A DNA stretch of 64,000 nucleotides, taken from the IMG/VR virus record IMGVR_UViG_3300025161_000004, positions 182,769-246,768 of that record, one strand, 5' to 3'. Positions 10,151-20,113 of this stretch are shown in pieces (position 1 is the first letter of the stretch; each line of letters starts with the position of its first letter). The translations under genes and the position numbers were made by a program. Below the pieces are notes generated by a model. That model saw nothing but the letters and a program-made list of their open reading frames with translations. It was not told the DNA's origin and did no database searches.

Positions 10151-10555
10151 ATGAATTATTTAAAGGTAGTTTTAACTTTTTTTAAAAAAAATTTAGTTAA
10201 AATAATAACTAAAGTAGTATTATTATTATTGATAGTAATCCATATACATTACAGACATACAACTGGAAAAAAAATAGATCACCTTATAAATTTATACGGT
10301 AAAGTAAAATATGATATAAATAAGTTACCAAATGGACTTGTAATATATAAATCAGAAAAGGCACTAATAGATAAATCAACTGGTATGGTATTTTATGAGA
10401 TCGGAATTTGGGATTATATTAATGATTTTGTGCACTATGTAAGAGTTCCATATTATGCTCATAATCGTTTTAATGTTGGAATGGAAATTAGGGCTAAACA
10501 AAAACAGAAAAATTCAGAAAAGAAAAGAATAAGAAAATCGAAATCATTAATTTAA
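10151..10555 (+). CDS. Hypothetical membrane-anchored protein
   Basis: N-terminal hydrophobic stretch VVLLLLIVIHI. Confidence 0.65.
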   Translation: MNYLKVVLTFFKKNLVKIITKVVLLLLIVIHIHYRHTTGKKIDHLINLYGKVKYDINKLPNGLVIYKSEKALIDKSTGMVFYEIGIWDYINDFVHYVRVPYYAHNRFNVGMEIRAKQKQKNSEKKRIRKSKSLI

Positions 10556-10878
10556 ATAAAAAAATAAACCCTTACAGTAAGCCAATTTATGGTTAATAAC
10601 AGTCATGTTGATATTTTAAGACCCATTATTGATAAAATAAAAAGTTCTGTTAGACCAGAAGAAATTGAAGAAAAAAAACTTTTATTATCCAACCCGATTG
10701 AACTTTTTCAAAAATGGTTAATTTATAATCTAAGGCACTATCCATAGCACCATACATAGCACAAGCAGAATCAAAATGATGTGGAAGTGTACGTTCACTA
10801 TTTGATTGTATGTAAATCATAACTACATTTGCAATGTATTACACGTAAAAGTAGTCAAAAAAAATATTTAAAAAAACT

Positions 10879-10920
10879 TGATAATTAATTAAACCTTTTA
10901 TACTTTTGTAACGTATTTAA
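10879..10920 (+). promoter_or_regulatory. Promoter of tRNA operon 2
   Basis: TACTTTTG at 10901-10908, followed by ACGTATTTA. Confidence 0.7.
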
Positions 10921-10936
10921 GGAAAAACAGAAATTA

Positions 10937-11029
10937 ATGGAAAACTTAATATTAGATATGGCAGTCGTAGCAGAAGCGTTGGTTTTAGACGCTGAGTGGA
11001 ATTGTATTGGGTTTTCTATTAAGAGATAA
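10937..11029 (+). CDS. Leader peptide 2 (Glu/Leu/Asp/Met/Ala/Val/Trp sensing), 30 aa
   Basis: MENLILDMAVVAEALVLDAEWNCIGFSIKR; GGGTTTTCTATT antiterminator segment. Confidence 0.88.
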   Translation: MENLILDMAVVAEALVLDAEWNCIGFSIKR

Positions 11030-11053
11030 TTGAATTTAAAATTATACAAATAG

Positions 11054-11090
11054 AAAACCCGATCACAAAAAAGATCGGGTTTTTTGTTTT
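11054..11090 (+). terminator. Attenuator terminator of tRNA operon 2
   Basis: AAAACCCGATC-ACAAAAAA-GATCGGGTTTTTTGTTTT. Confidence 0.9.
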
Positions 11091-11189
11091 ATAGCTTTTG
11101 TAGATGACAAAAGCAATTTTGAGATATTTGATCTATAGTCACACCCATTTACATGTGCAAAATATGTTCTTTGAAATTTTGTAATATAC

Positions 11190-11261
11190 ACATCTATAGT
11201 TTAATTGGTAAAACGATAGTCTCCAAAACTATAAATTTCAGTTCGAGTCTGAATAGATGTG
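11190..11261 (+). tRNA. tRNA-Trp(CCA)
   Basis: ATAGT-CTCCAAA-ACTAT. Confidence 0.9.
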
Positions 11262-11267
11262 CGAAAT

Positions 11268-11339
11268 GCTCGGTTCGTCTAACGGTTAGGACACATGGTT
11301 TTCAACCATGGAATAGGGGTTCGATTCCCCTATCGAGTA
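11268..11339 (+). tRNA. tRNA-Glu(TTC)
   Basis: CATGG-TTTTCAA-CCATG. Confidence 0.9.
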
Positions 11340-11375
11340 CTTTAAATTCTTTTTTCCTGTTAGGAATTAAGATAT

Positions 11376-11450
11376 GTTGCCGTAGCCAAATGGAATAAGG
11401 CACAACACTTTCAATGTTGTAATGTGTGGGTTCGAGTCCCATCGGCAATA
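11376..11450 (+). tRNA. tRNA-Glu(TTC), second copy
   Basis: CAACA-CTTTCAA-TGTTG. Confidence 0.85.
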
Positions 11451-11464
11451 CGAAAAAAATAAAT

Positions 11465-11539
11465 GCCCTTGTAGCTCAGTAGGTTCAGAGCAACACTCTT
11501 ACAAAGTGAAGGTCATAGGTTCGATTCCTGTCAAGGGCA
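11465..11539 (+). tRNA. tRNA-Val(TAC)
   Basis: CACT-CTTACAA-AGTG; acceptor GCCCTTG/CAAGGGC. Confidence 0.9.
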
Positions 11540-11624
11540 CTTAAAAATATGTTTAAGTTATGAAGAACAATTACAGCTTGGACGCAAGAGAAAATTCTCA
11601 AAAAGATTCGATAGAAACTTTGAA

Positions 11625-11975
11625 TTGTTTTTGAGAATGTATAGAACACAATTAATTACATTCTGTGGTTCTGAAGTAAAAGTTGTGTTTGATGTAAATG
11701 GTCTTGATGGAAAGAATTGTTTCAATAATTATGAAAATGGTTTATATAAACATAAAGAAACAATTGTAACAAGACACCCAAACATTGTAAGAGCTGTAAT
11801 AACATCAAAAAGGGGTTGGGGTCTTTGGGTTGGTGAATGGAGTAGAGGAATTAGTGAAGGGTTATTTAGTAAAGATGACATACTAAATGAGTTTGAAATA
11901 AGAAATATTAAATTACCAGAGTTCTTATTAAAAGAGTTTGATAATTTAATACATAAAAAAAATATGGGGCTATAG
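11625..11975 (+). CDS. Hypothetical protein within the tRNA array
   Basis: 116 aa ORF; start uncertain, possibly frameshifted from ATG 11560; 3' end overlaps tRNA-Ala by 10 nt. Confidence 0.55.
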   Translation: MFLRMYRTQLITFCGSEVKVVFDVNGLDGKNCFNNYENGLYKHKETIVTRHPNIVRAVITSKRGWGLWVGEWSRGISEGLFSKDDILNEFEIRNIKLPEFLLKEFDNLIHKKNMGL

Positions 11976-12038
11976 TTTAATTGGCTAAAATTCCTGACTT
12001 GCACTCAGGGGATCAGGGTTCAAGTCCCTGTAGCTCCA
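11966..12038 (+). tRNA. tRNA-Ala(TGC)
   Basis: CCTGA-CTTGCAC-TCAGG; GGGGCTA/TAGCTCC with G3-U70. Confidence 0.92.
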
Positions 12039-12104
12039 CTGTTCTTTACCATAGGTAGGTAAAGTACAAAGGCTTTATAACGTTGTACCCACAACGTTTA
12101 TAAC

Positions 12105-12175
12105 GTGAATGTGGTGTAATGGATTGCATATGATACTGTCACTATCAAGGTTGGGGTTCGAGTCCCCCATTCACG
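12105..12175 (+). tRNA. tRNA-Asp(GTC), short or imperfect T stem
   Basis: TGATA-CTGTCAC-TATCA. Confidence 0.75.
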
Positions 12176-12272
12176 GCAAAAACTGGTACTAATACCGAAC
12201 TGACTGCAATCAAAGTAGGTAAAAGTAAAGGTTACTTTAATTGAAATCGTTGCAGCAATAGAAATTAAAGTT

Positions 12273-12340
12273 TAGCTATAGGTGTATTGGTGCATATTCT
12301 GCGTTGAGCTGAAATGGAAAGTTCGAATTTTTATAGCTAG
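12273..12340 (+). pseudogene. Degenerate tRNA-like element
   Basis: TAGCTAT/ATAGCTA acceptor and GTTCGAAT loop; anticodon arm mismatched, no U33. Confidence 0.45.
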
Positions 12341-12348
12341 CAAAATAT

Positions 12349-12422
12349 AGTGCGTTGGTGTAGTGGTCTAACATGCTTGCCTGTCACGCAAGAGATCATG
12401 AGTTCAAATCCCATACGCACTG
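12349..12422 (+). tRNA. tRNA-Asp(GTC)
   Basis: CTTGC-CTGTCAC-GCAAG. Confidence 0.9.
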
Positions 12423-12433
12423 CAAAAATTATT

Positions 12434-12508
12434 GGTCTATTGGGGTTATGGGTATGCTTCCAAACTGTCACTTTGGAGAAACGGGTTCGAGTCCCGTATA
12501 GACCGCCA
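12434..12508 (+). tRNA. tRNA-Asp(GTC), CCA encoded
   Basis: CCAAA-CTGTCAC-TTTGG. Confidence 0.85.
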
Positions 12509-12539
12509 AAAATTATTAATAGTAAAATGGGTGAATGTT

Positions 12540-12743
12540 ATGTATATCGAGATTGTAAGAAGTGTGGGGTTGAGATATATCCGTTTGTTTCCAAAATTGT
12601 TAAATCGTTATCACAGTGATAATGATATGACAATTATAAGACTAATTAGTAATGAGATTATTAATAATAAAGAAATCACTGGTGTAATTAATAAGAAAGA
12701 ATTAGAGAAAGAAATACAAAAAACATTAGAAATAAAGAAATGA
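12540..12743 (+). CDS. Small hypothetical protein
   Basis: ATG 12540, just after the tRNA, in the frame of the predicted ORF. Confidence 0.4.
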   Translation: MYIEIVRSVGLRYIRLFPKLLNRYHSDNDMTIIRLISNEIINNKEITGVINKKELEKEIQKTLEIKK

Positions 12744-12857
12744 GAAATCATAACATATATAGTGAACGATTATACTACCAATAGTAGCGATTAGTTACTG
12801 TCAACAATAGCTTTTAAATTTTGAAAGTCTTTACTGTTATAAAATAAATTAAAGTCA

Positions 12858-13012
12858 TAAAATATAAAATCACTAAAGAAAAATTAGAATTAGTTGTTGA
12901 AAAATCATTATTTTTTTCAGATATTTGTAAAGATTTAAATATTAGATTTGTTGGCATAAATTATAAAAGTGTTAAATCAAAATTAAAAGAATATAATATT
13001 AATACTGATTTA
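12858..13012 (+). pseudogene. Remnant resembling the N-terminus of an HNH endonuclease
   Basis: Frame KYKITKEKLELVVEKSLFFSDICKDLNIRFVGINYKSVKSKLKEYNINTD with no start; resemblance judged from memory. Confidence 0.35.
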
Positions 13013-13123
13013 ATACAGATCTATTGAATCATGGAAATAGATTTAGAACTTTCGGATTAAATAAATGAGAATCATTAAAAATTTATATTAGTGTTTATCT
13101 GAAAAAAAAAGAAAAGCATAAAT

Positions 13124-13209
13124 GCCTCTGTGGTGAAATCGGTAGACACGCTACACTTAAGATGTAGTTCTCATTAATGGGAGTACAGGTTCGAGTCCTG
13201 TCAGAGGTA
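13124..13209 (+). tRNA. tRNA-Leu(TAA)
   Basis: CTACA-CTTAAGA-TGTAG; long variable arm. Confidence 0.92.
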
Positions 13210-13327
13210 CAAACTAAATTAAAATGCCTTGTGAAAAAAGAAAGTTACATTGAATGAAAGATTGAAACATTAAGAAAAGAATTAACAAACATTAAATAGT
13301 GTAGTATTTATAAGAAATTATAATACT

Positions 13328-13558
13328 ATGAAAAAAGTGATTGAATTTGTATTAAATCCACTAAAAATGCTTGCTCTTTGCGGTGTTTGTTTTGGTGTGG
13401 CATTCGTTGATTCGTTGATTCATGATGCATCATCTATGGCTGATTTGTCAATTGTTGGTAAAATATTTACTGGTATATTTATGGTTGGCTTTACCATATT
13501 AGTTATTAGATATTTATTGTTACCATTATATTATTGGTTAATCAGTTTGGTTCAATAA
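13328..13558 (+). CDS. Small membrane protein
   Basis: Two hydrophobic segments. Confidence 0.65.
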   Translation: MKKVIEFVLNPLKMLALCGVCFGVAFVDSLIHDASSMADLSIVGKIFTGIFMVGFTILVIRYLLLPLYYWLISLVQ

Positions 13559-13567
13559 AAACCAGAA

Positions 13568-13649
13568 GCACCAATGATGGAACTGGTAGTCATGCTTGTC
13601 TCAAAAGCAAGTGTCGAAAGACGTGTAGGTTCGAGTCCTACTTGGGGTA
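13568..13649 (+). tRNA. tRNA-Leu(CAA)
   Basis: CTTGT-CTCAAAA-GCAAG; variable arm GTCGAAAGAC. Confidence 0.88.
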
Positions 13650-13702
13650 CTAAACAGCATTTGACAAACATATTTTAAATGCTTATTTTGAACACATCCT
13701 AA

Positions 13703-13984
13703 TTGCTTCGGTTGCAATTATGGATTATGAACTCTAATAGTAGAGAAAATGACAAAAGATGGGTAATTCCAAGTCTTGATGTAAGACTGCCTCAACCATC
13801 TCAAGTCATAAACCGAGAACCCATCCGTTACTGGATGGTCGAACTAACCCTTACGAGTGGTGATGTTCAGAATTTTTATGTGAAGGCAAAAACATCAATT
13901 GATGCATTGGTAAAAGCAAACGAACTAAAAAATCGTTTTGAAATACCAAGACTTCGAAAACGTAAATTAATCTTAGTTGATTAA
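13703..13984 (+). CDS. Hypothetical protein (start uncertain)
   Basis: ORF track; true start may be the later ATG (MVELTLTSG). Confidence 0.5.
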   Translation: MLRLQLWIMNSNSRENDKRWVIPSLDVRLPQPSQVINREPIRYWMVELTLTSGDVQNFYVKAKTSIDALVKANELKNRFEIPRLRKRKLILVD

Positions 13985-14021
13985 TTTCCCTTGCACAATT
14001 CCCTGTTTTAACAGGGAACAT

Positions 14022-14093
14022 GGCGATATAGTATAATGGGTATTACATCTCCCTCATAAAGAGAAGATTGCAGTTCGATTCTGCATGTCGCTA
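14022..14093 (+). tRNA. tRNA-Met(CAT), elongator; lysidine Ile2 not excluded
   Basis: TCTCC-CTCATAA-AGAGA. Confidence 0.8.
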
Positions 14094-14236
14094 CTAACTA
14101 CTAATTGGAAAGTTGAATACCATTCTATTTTAAACGCTATGTAACTAATTTTTATTTAGAAATCACTTGACAAGTATTTATTATTAAGCTATATTTATAG
14201 CTTAATAATAATATCTTATTCAAAATCTTAAATCAG

Positions 14237-15034
14237 ATGTCCAAAAAGAAGGTAACAAAAACAGTCACAACAACAATTACCGAAGAAATTGTTGAAAATC
14301 AATCAAACAAAACACATATCGTATGTATCCTTGATAGATCTGGATCAATGGGTTTAGTAGCACAAGATGCTATTGGTGGGTTCAACAGATTTTTAAAAGA
14401 TCAAAAAGAAACAGAAGGTGAAGCAACAATGAGCGTAACTTTATTTGATGATGAATATACTCCACTCTATGATGGTAAAGCTATCCCATTAAAAGAAGTT
14501 CCTGAGTTAGATGAGAAGACATTTATACCAAGAGGTGCTACTGCCCTGTATGATGCTATTGGTAGAACGATAGCAAGAACCAAAGAAGATTTTGATAAGA
14601 TGACACCTTCAGAAAAACCAGATAAGGTCTTAGTAGTTATTGTCACTGATGGTAAAGAAAATTCTTCTAAAGAATATAATCAAAATCAAATTAAAGATTT
14701 AATCACTGACTTGAAGAAAAAGAACTGGCAGTTTATTTTCTTGTGTTCGACTGAAGATGCATTAACAAGAGCGAATTCTATTGGAATTGGTTATGGAAAT
14801 GCATTTAAATTTACTAATACATCTGCTGGTAATAATGTTCTTTATACTAGTGTTATCAATAACGCAACTAAGTTATATAGAAGTTTGACTACAAATAATT
14901 CAGAATATGATGTAATATCTAATAATATTATTTCATATGCCATATCTAATGTTAGTCATGTTGATCATATCAACACAAATTCTGAGTCAAATGAATCAAC
15001 AACTAATACTTATAGTACTCCACAAAAAGTATAG
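14237..15034 (+). CDS. vWA-domain protein
   Basis: ILDRSGSM MIDAS motif; TALYDAIG; VIVTDGKEN. Confidence 0.9.
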   Translation: MSKKKVTKTVTTTITEEIVENQSNKTHIVCILDRSGSMGLVAQDAIGGFNRFLKDQKETEGEATMSVTLFDDEYTPLYDGKAIPLKEVPELDEKTFIPRGATALYDAIGRTIARTKEDFDKMTPSEKPDKVLVVIVTDGKENSSKEYNQNQIKDLITDLKKKNWQFIFLCSTEDALTRANSIGIGYGNAFKFTNTSAGNNVLYTSVINNATKLYRSLTTNNSEYDVISNNIISYAISNVSHVDHINTNSESNESTTNTYSTPQKV

Positions 15035-15066
15035 AAATAATATTTTTTGGTTTGGTGTTTTTGTTT

Positions 15067-15100
15067 AAAAGGTATGGGTAATACTATACCTTTTTTATTT
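15067..15100 (+). terminator. Intrinsic terminator
   Basis: AAAAGGTATG...TATACCTTTTTTATTT. Confidence 0.6.
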
Positions 15101-15121
15101 TAGATTAATAAATTTGTAATT

Positions 15122-15865
15122 ATGGGAAAAAAAAGAATTATTTCTATTGGTGATATTCACGGAAGAACCTTTTGGAAGTCCATTAACATCATTGAATATG
15201 ATTATATTATATTTGTTGGTGACTATGTAGATTCGACCATATATGGTAATGAGCAAATATTAACTAATTTACTTGACATTATTGAATTAAAGAAAACTTA
15301 CCTAGATAAGGTAATACTATTATTAGGTAATCACGATATCCAATACATGTTTTTGAATGAAGGTTATGAATGTAGCGGTTACAGACCATCAATGGCATCA
15401 ACACTGAATCATATATTTACAGATAATAAAGAACTATTTCAAATGGCATTTCAGATAAACAATTATATCTGGACACATGCTGGTATTTCTGAAAAGTGGT
15501 ATAACCTTAATAAGGATGAAATCGATATTTTTTCTGATAAATTTAATTGTAAGAATTTATCCGACATATTTAATAGGATGATGTATACTAAAGAAAATAA
15601 ATTATTGCATCAGGTCGGAAAATTGCGTGGTGGTCTTTATCCTGCTGGTGGTATTACTTGGGCAGATCGTAATGAAACAAAATATGCATATCTTGTGGGT
15701 TATCATCAGATAGTAGGTCATACATCAATAGATGGAATTGAAAGATTTGGTGATGATAATAGTTCAATAACATATATTGATTGTCAATATAAGCTAGAGA
15801 ATTTAGAAAATTTTGACGATATTCGATTAGAAGACTATTTTTTAGTACTTGATTTGGCTGAATAA
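15122..15865 (+). CDS. Calcineurin-like metallophosphoesterase
   Basis: GDIHG, GDYVD, GNHD, HAG and GHT motifs. Confidence 0.9.
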   Translation: MGKKRIISIGDIHGRTFWKSINIIEYDYIIFVGDYVDSTIYGNEQILTNLLDIIELKKTYLDKVILLLGNHDIQYMFLNEGYECSGYRPSMASTLNHIFTDNKELFQMAFQINNYIWTHAGISEKWYNLNKDEIDIFSDKFNCKNLSDIFNRMMYTKENKLLHQVGKLRGGLYPAGGITWADRNETKYAYLVGYHQIVGHTSIDGIERFGDDNSSITYIDCQYKLENLENFDDIRLEDYFLVLDLAE

Positions 15866-16058
15866 CTAAATCTAAATATATTTCGTATAATATTATTTAA
15901 AACCGTTTTTTTTTGTGTGTGATTTCGGATAAAATCATATTAGAATTGAATTTATTGTGGAAACTATTACTGATTTTAATCCGTAAAAATATAAAAAAAT
16001 TTAACTAGAAGAAAAGACATATATCATTATAGAAATTAAAATAAAAACTAGAGCAAAA

Positions 16059-17114
16059 GTGAAATTAAATAATGATATATTGAATAAATTGATTGATGAT
16101 GGTTATGTTATGGTTAATAATCATCCATCTCTACCTTTAAGAATTTATAATTATACTCGCAAAACTCAGTTTGAAAAATATTGGAACGAATATACATTAT
16201 TATGTCGTGGACTTATTCTTGATCATGATTTAAATGTTATCGCTAGACCTTTCATGAAGTTCTTCAATTATGAAGAACATAAACCAGAAGAAATTCCAAA
16301 TACAAATTTTGAAGTCTATGAAAAGGTAGATGGTTCATTGGGTATTATATTTAATTATGCAAATGAATGGCATATTGCCACCAGAGGTTCATTTGTATCA
16401 GAACAAGCTATTAGAGCTAAATCAATGCTTAGCAGATATAATATCGATGGTTTAGATTCTGAAAAGACTTATTTGGTTGAAATTATCTATCCAGAAAATC
16501 GTATTGTTGTTGATTATTTTGGTGAAGAAAAATTAGTGTTGTTAGCTGTTGTTGACATTAAAACAGGACATGATATGCCATATTCACATATGAAATATCA
16601 TACCTATATGCGTAAAATAGATTTCCCATTAATTAAATATTATGATGGTATTAATGATATTTTTGAATTAAGCAAACGTAACAATCAAAATGAAGAGGGT
16701 TACGTGTTAAGATATGAAAATGGATTTCGTGTAAAAATTAAATTTGAGAATTATTGTCGTCTACATGCAATCATTACCAATCTATCAACTAAAGATATTT
16801 GGAAATATTTACGTGATGGTAAAGATATTAATGAATTGCTTGATCGCACACCAGATGAATTTGATGATTGGGTAAGAAATGAAATGAAGTCATTAACTGA
16901 CAGGTATTTGGCAATTGAATCTGAAGCAAAATTAATATTTTCTAAAATTTATGTGGATGGTATGTCAAGAAAAGATTTTGCAATGAAAGCATTGAATGAA
17001 AATCATTCACCAATTTTATTTAAGATATTAGAAAATAAACCATATGATAGTATTATATGGAAAATGATTGAACCAAAATATTCAAAAGCATTCTTTAAAG
17101 AAGAAGGTAATTAG
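16059..17114 (+). CDS. rnlA: T4 Rnl1-like RNA ligase
   Basis: CRGLI, ARPFMKFFN, EKVDGS (motif I), ATRGSF, EGYV, RVKIK. Confidence 0.88.
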   Translation: MKLNNDILNKLIDDGYVMVNNHPSLPLRIYNYTRKTQFEKYWNEYTLLCRGLILDHDLNVIARPFMKFFNYEEHKPEEIPNTNFEVYEKVDGSLGIIFNYANEWHIATRGSFVSEQAIRAKSMLSRYNIDGLDSEKTYLVEIIYPENRIVVDYFGEEKLVLLAVVDIKTGHDMPYSHMKYHTYMRKIDFPLIKYYDGINDIFELSKRNNQNEEGYVLRYENGFRVKIKFENYCRLHAIITNLSTKDIWKYLRDGKDINELLDRTPDEFDDWVRNEMKSLTDRYLAIESEAKLIFSKIYVDGMSRKDFAMKALNENHSPILFKILENKPYDSIIWKMIEPKYSKAFFKEEGN

Positions 17115-17517
17115 TTGAAAAGTGTATGTAAAATCACACCTAAAAGCATAAAATTCACATTTAATATACAATGTGATTAATTAAACTATTTATATAGTTT
17201 CACAGTATTAATTAAAATTATGAAAAACAGAAATTTAGATTATAACTATAATTAGGTTGCCATAAAAGAATTTTATAATAAACTAAATACTGAGTCCGTT
17301 TTTTTTATTCAATCCTTGTCCTTTAAGGGAAAGGGAGACGATAAAAAATAACCAAATTTAAAATAGAATATATATTCTATTGTTGAGTTGTAAAAAATAT
17401 ATAAAAGTAGTTAAATGTGAAACTATAGTAACTATAGTCAATAGAATAACTCTAATGATTGGCTATGTATATGATGAAAATTTTAATTTTTTATATATTT
17501 ATATATAAAGAAAGGTA

Positions 17518-17733
17518 ATGGAATTGAGAAAACTTATAGAAACCACAATAAGAGAATATCTAAATGAAAACAAGATAACGAAAACAGTCTATAAATCAGG
17601 TTCTGATATGGGTAGTAATTATTTCAATATCACATTTTACACTGATTCAAAAGATGTTGCAAAAAAATATGTAGAAAAATTACAAGGAAATAATAAAATA
17701 TATAAAGAACTATATCCTTCAATAATCCATTAG
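17518..17733 (+). CDS. Short, probably truncated protein with shared N-terminal motif
   Basis: MELRKLIETTIREYLNE...FYTDSKDVAKKY. Confidence 0.55.
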   Translation: MELRKLIETTIREYLNENKITKTVYKSGSDMGSNYFNITFYTDSKDVAKKYVEKLQGNNKIYKELYPSIIH

Positions 17734-17837
17734 CTTTGATTAAAAGTCAAATTGGGCAAAGTAAATTATATAAAATAATGGTTATAATGGTATGATGGGT
17801 AAAGTCTTTTTTTTTACGGGATTGGAAATTTAAAACT

Positions 17838-18356
17838 ATGAAATTAAGAAAATTCATAAAAACAACTATACACGAATATTTGAATGAAGACTATTTAAAG
17901 CGTGCTATCAAAAATTATTTGATCGAAGGTAAATATCTTTTTCATTATACATTAACTGATTATTTAGATGATATCAAAACCGAAGGTCTAATACCCAGAA
18001 AGAACCCAAATTCTTATTATAAAGGTGGGTCAAAAGGCGTTTTCTTAACAACATCAAGCTCATTAAATAAAGCAAATTTACCACAATCATTGTATGATGT
18101 AATGGATGATTATTATGAGAATAAGGAAAATTATGATGTTAAACCAATAGTTAGATTATGGATTGATGTTACCAAATTAGATTTAGATAAATTAACATGG
18201 GATGATGATTATATCCTGAATAGATATGGTTGGAACAAAGCGAAAACTGACAAAGAAAAAATAATCGAAAGTTTAGATATATGGGGTTCTGTTGCGTATC
18301 TTGGGACTATACCAAGTAAATTTATAGTAAAATATGATTTTGATTATAAGAATTAA
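17838..18356 (+). CDS. ADP-ribosyltransferase-like fold protein with shared N-terminal motif
   Basis: LFHYT...IKTEGLIP...GVFLTT; MKLRKFIKTTIHEYLNE. Confidence 0.5.
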   Translation: MKLRKFIKTTIHEYLNEDYLKRAIKNYLIEGKYLFHYTLTDYLDDIKTEGLIPRKNPNSYYKGGSKGVFLTTSSSLNKANLPQSLYDVMDDYYENKENYDVKPIVRLWIDVTKLDLDKLTWDDDYILNRYGWNKAKTDKEKIIESLDIWGSVAYLGTIPSKFIVKYDFDYKN

Positions 18357-18502
18357 TTTGTCGAATTTATGTTTGGGTATTGAATTTTTTAAACCAAAAT
18401 CTCAACAACATGAATGAAGTAAGAATTTGATAGAGTATTTTGTAATATTACTTATAATGGTTTGGTTTACGAGAAGGTTTGTTTATAAAAATTTTAAGTA
18501 AT

Positions 18503-18799
18503 ATGATATTTAATAGAATAGTTTTGTTAGTGTTGTATATATATACTATTATATATCGTTATATATTCCCATATAAGACATGGATTAAATTGAGAGAAAA
18601 ATCTATCGACGAATATGGTGAAAAATTATGTTACTGTGGACATACATATAGATGTTCATGTGCTAATCCAGACAAGAAGTTATTTAAAGAAAGTGTAAAG
18701 TGTGGTAGTATAATTCTGTGGGATAAAAAAAAACGGCTGGAAAAATGGAATATGATTTATTGTATATTTATGTTAGTTTTTGTATATTATGAACATTAA
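18503..18799 (+). CDS. Hypothetical protein
   Basis: CYCGH..CSC motif; start at ATG 18503. Confidence 0.5.
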   Translation: MIFNRIVLLVLYIYTIIYRYIFPYKTWIKLREKSIDEYGEKLCYCGHTYRCSCANPDKKLFKESVKCGSIILWDKKKRLEKWNMIYCIFMLVFVYYEH

Positions 18800-18889
18800 A
18801 TCACTTACAAATATCAACCACAAAATTCACACGACTAGCTTGTTGTTGCTAAGGTTGTTTAAGAATATTCATAGTAAAAACAATATAAT

Positions 18890-19192
18890 ATGAAATACAT
18901 GGGTAGTAAAAACAGAATAGCTAAGGAAATACTACCAATAATGCTAAAAGAGCGAGGTGGGAGAATTTGGATAGAGCCATTTGTTGGTGGTGGAAACATC
19001 ATTGATAAAGTAGAAGGTGAAAGAATTGGTGCTGATATAAATCCTTATGTGATTGATGCATTAATTACTATTAGAGATTCTGTGATGGATTTACCAAAAA
19101 ATAATAAAGAATTTACTGAAGATGATTACAAACGATTAAGATATAGTGACGATTATAAATACAAAGGTTATGCTGGTTTTGCGTTTTCTTAA
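18890..19192 (+). pseudogene. Truncated Dam/D12-class adenine methyltransferase
   Basis: KYMGSK...IEPFVGGG...DIN present; stops at 100 aa, before the DPPY motif. Confidence 0.75.
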
Positions 19193-19445
19193 TGTAAATA
19201 AAATTGATAGTAAAACATTTTATCAAAAAACAAAACAATATTTTCCTTCTAAAGTTTTAAGTAAAAATCCAAATTCAGCATTGTGGGAATTAATACGTTT
19301 AGATTTTGATTGTGAAATAAAAAAAACATTTCAAAGTAGAGGTTTTGATGGATTGATTATTATTGAAAAGAAAAATAACGAATTATTTGAATGTTATGTG
19401 TTATTCAACACAAACCCAATTGTTGTGTTTTTAAACGGAGGTTAA
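19146..19445 (+). pseudogene. Headless C-terminal gene fragment joined to the Dam remnant
   Basis: Open frame without a good start, ...RGFDGLIII... Confidence 0.4.
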
Positions 19446-19467
19446 AAAATAAAACTAAAATATTATT

Positions 19468-20055
19468 ATGACAAAAGAAGAAATTGACCAATTAGTCAGA
19501 CAAATTTACGAGGAGTATATCTTTGGAGGGTCTGAAACACCTACTTACGGAGTAGATTTTGACAAGAAAGATATTTTGCAGGCACTTGAAATGGTGGTAC
19601 AAAAAACCAACGAATATTGGTCAGGAAAAAGTATTTCTCCAAAACCCCTGCTGACTGGCGGTAGCGGACAGTTACCATTACCTTCCGAAAGGTTTGATGC
19701 GGAGGAATGGCTTGGGGAACAGAAAGACATTTGGAATCATCCACAAGTTACAGATAGAAATAATAAAAATAGCTATGAGGTGGCTGATTTAATGGCTGAA
19801 TTTGCTAATTGGTACTATAACAACAGTAAAGTTACCTTTAACAGTTCTCAGATTGCTGTCGGAATCAACGTAGTAACACAGCAACAAACCAATGTTATGG
19901 GCAGTGTTTTTTTAGTTTATAATCCAAATGGGCACGTTATAGCTGTTTGCAGCAACTATAAAAAAGCAGAAGAAATATTTAGGTCGGAGTTCGGTGACCT
20001 TGATCCATCTATTGGGATTGAAGAAATGGATGTTGATGTTAAACATTGCCCATAA
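19468..20055 (+). CDS. Hypothetical protein, probably a fusion of cassette units
   Basis: Contains an internal GTTATGGGCA site and ends within TGCCCATAAC. Confidence 0.6.
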   Translation: MTKEEIDQLVRQIYEEYIFGGSETPTYGVDFDKKDILQALEMVVQKTNEYWSGKSISPKPLLTGGSGQLPLPSERFDAEEWLGEQKDIWNHPQVTDRNNKNSYEVADLMAEFANWYYNNSKVTFNSSQIAVGINVVTQQQTNVMGSVFLVYNPNGHVIAVCSNYKKAEEIFRSEFGDLDPSIGIEEMDVDVKHCP

Positions 20056-20113
20056 CGGTTACAGCTATATTTAGTGCCGGTTTTAAAAAAACAAAACTTA
20101 ATAAACAGGTAAA

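Noticed and set aside
10690-10820. Minus-strand frame MIYIQSNSERTLPHHFDSACAMYGAMD, possibly an ATP-grasp gene remnant, opposite a 52 aa plus-strand ORF (10589-10747)
   Set aside because: The resemblance is from memory only and the frame ends early; I cannot decide which strand, if either, is real without a search.
10870-11190. T-box riboswitch as an alternative explanation of the tRNA-operon leaders
   Set aside because: No AGGGTGGNACCGCG T-box or stem I motifs in any leader; instead there are translatable ORFs with cognate codons.
12045-12270. Hairpins between tRNAs (CTTTACC/GGTAAAG, TTATAACGTTGT/ACAACGTTTATAA) and a decayed tRNA-like stretch
   Set aside because: Plausible processing signals or relics, but no consistent fold or identity could be supported.
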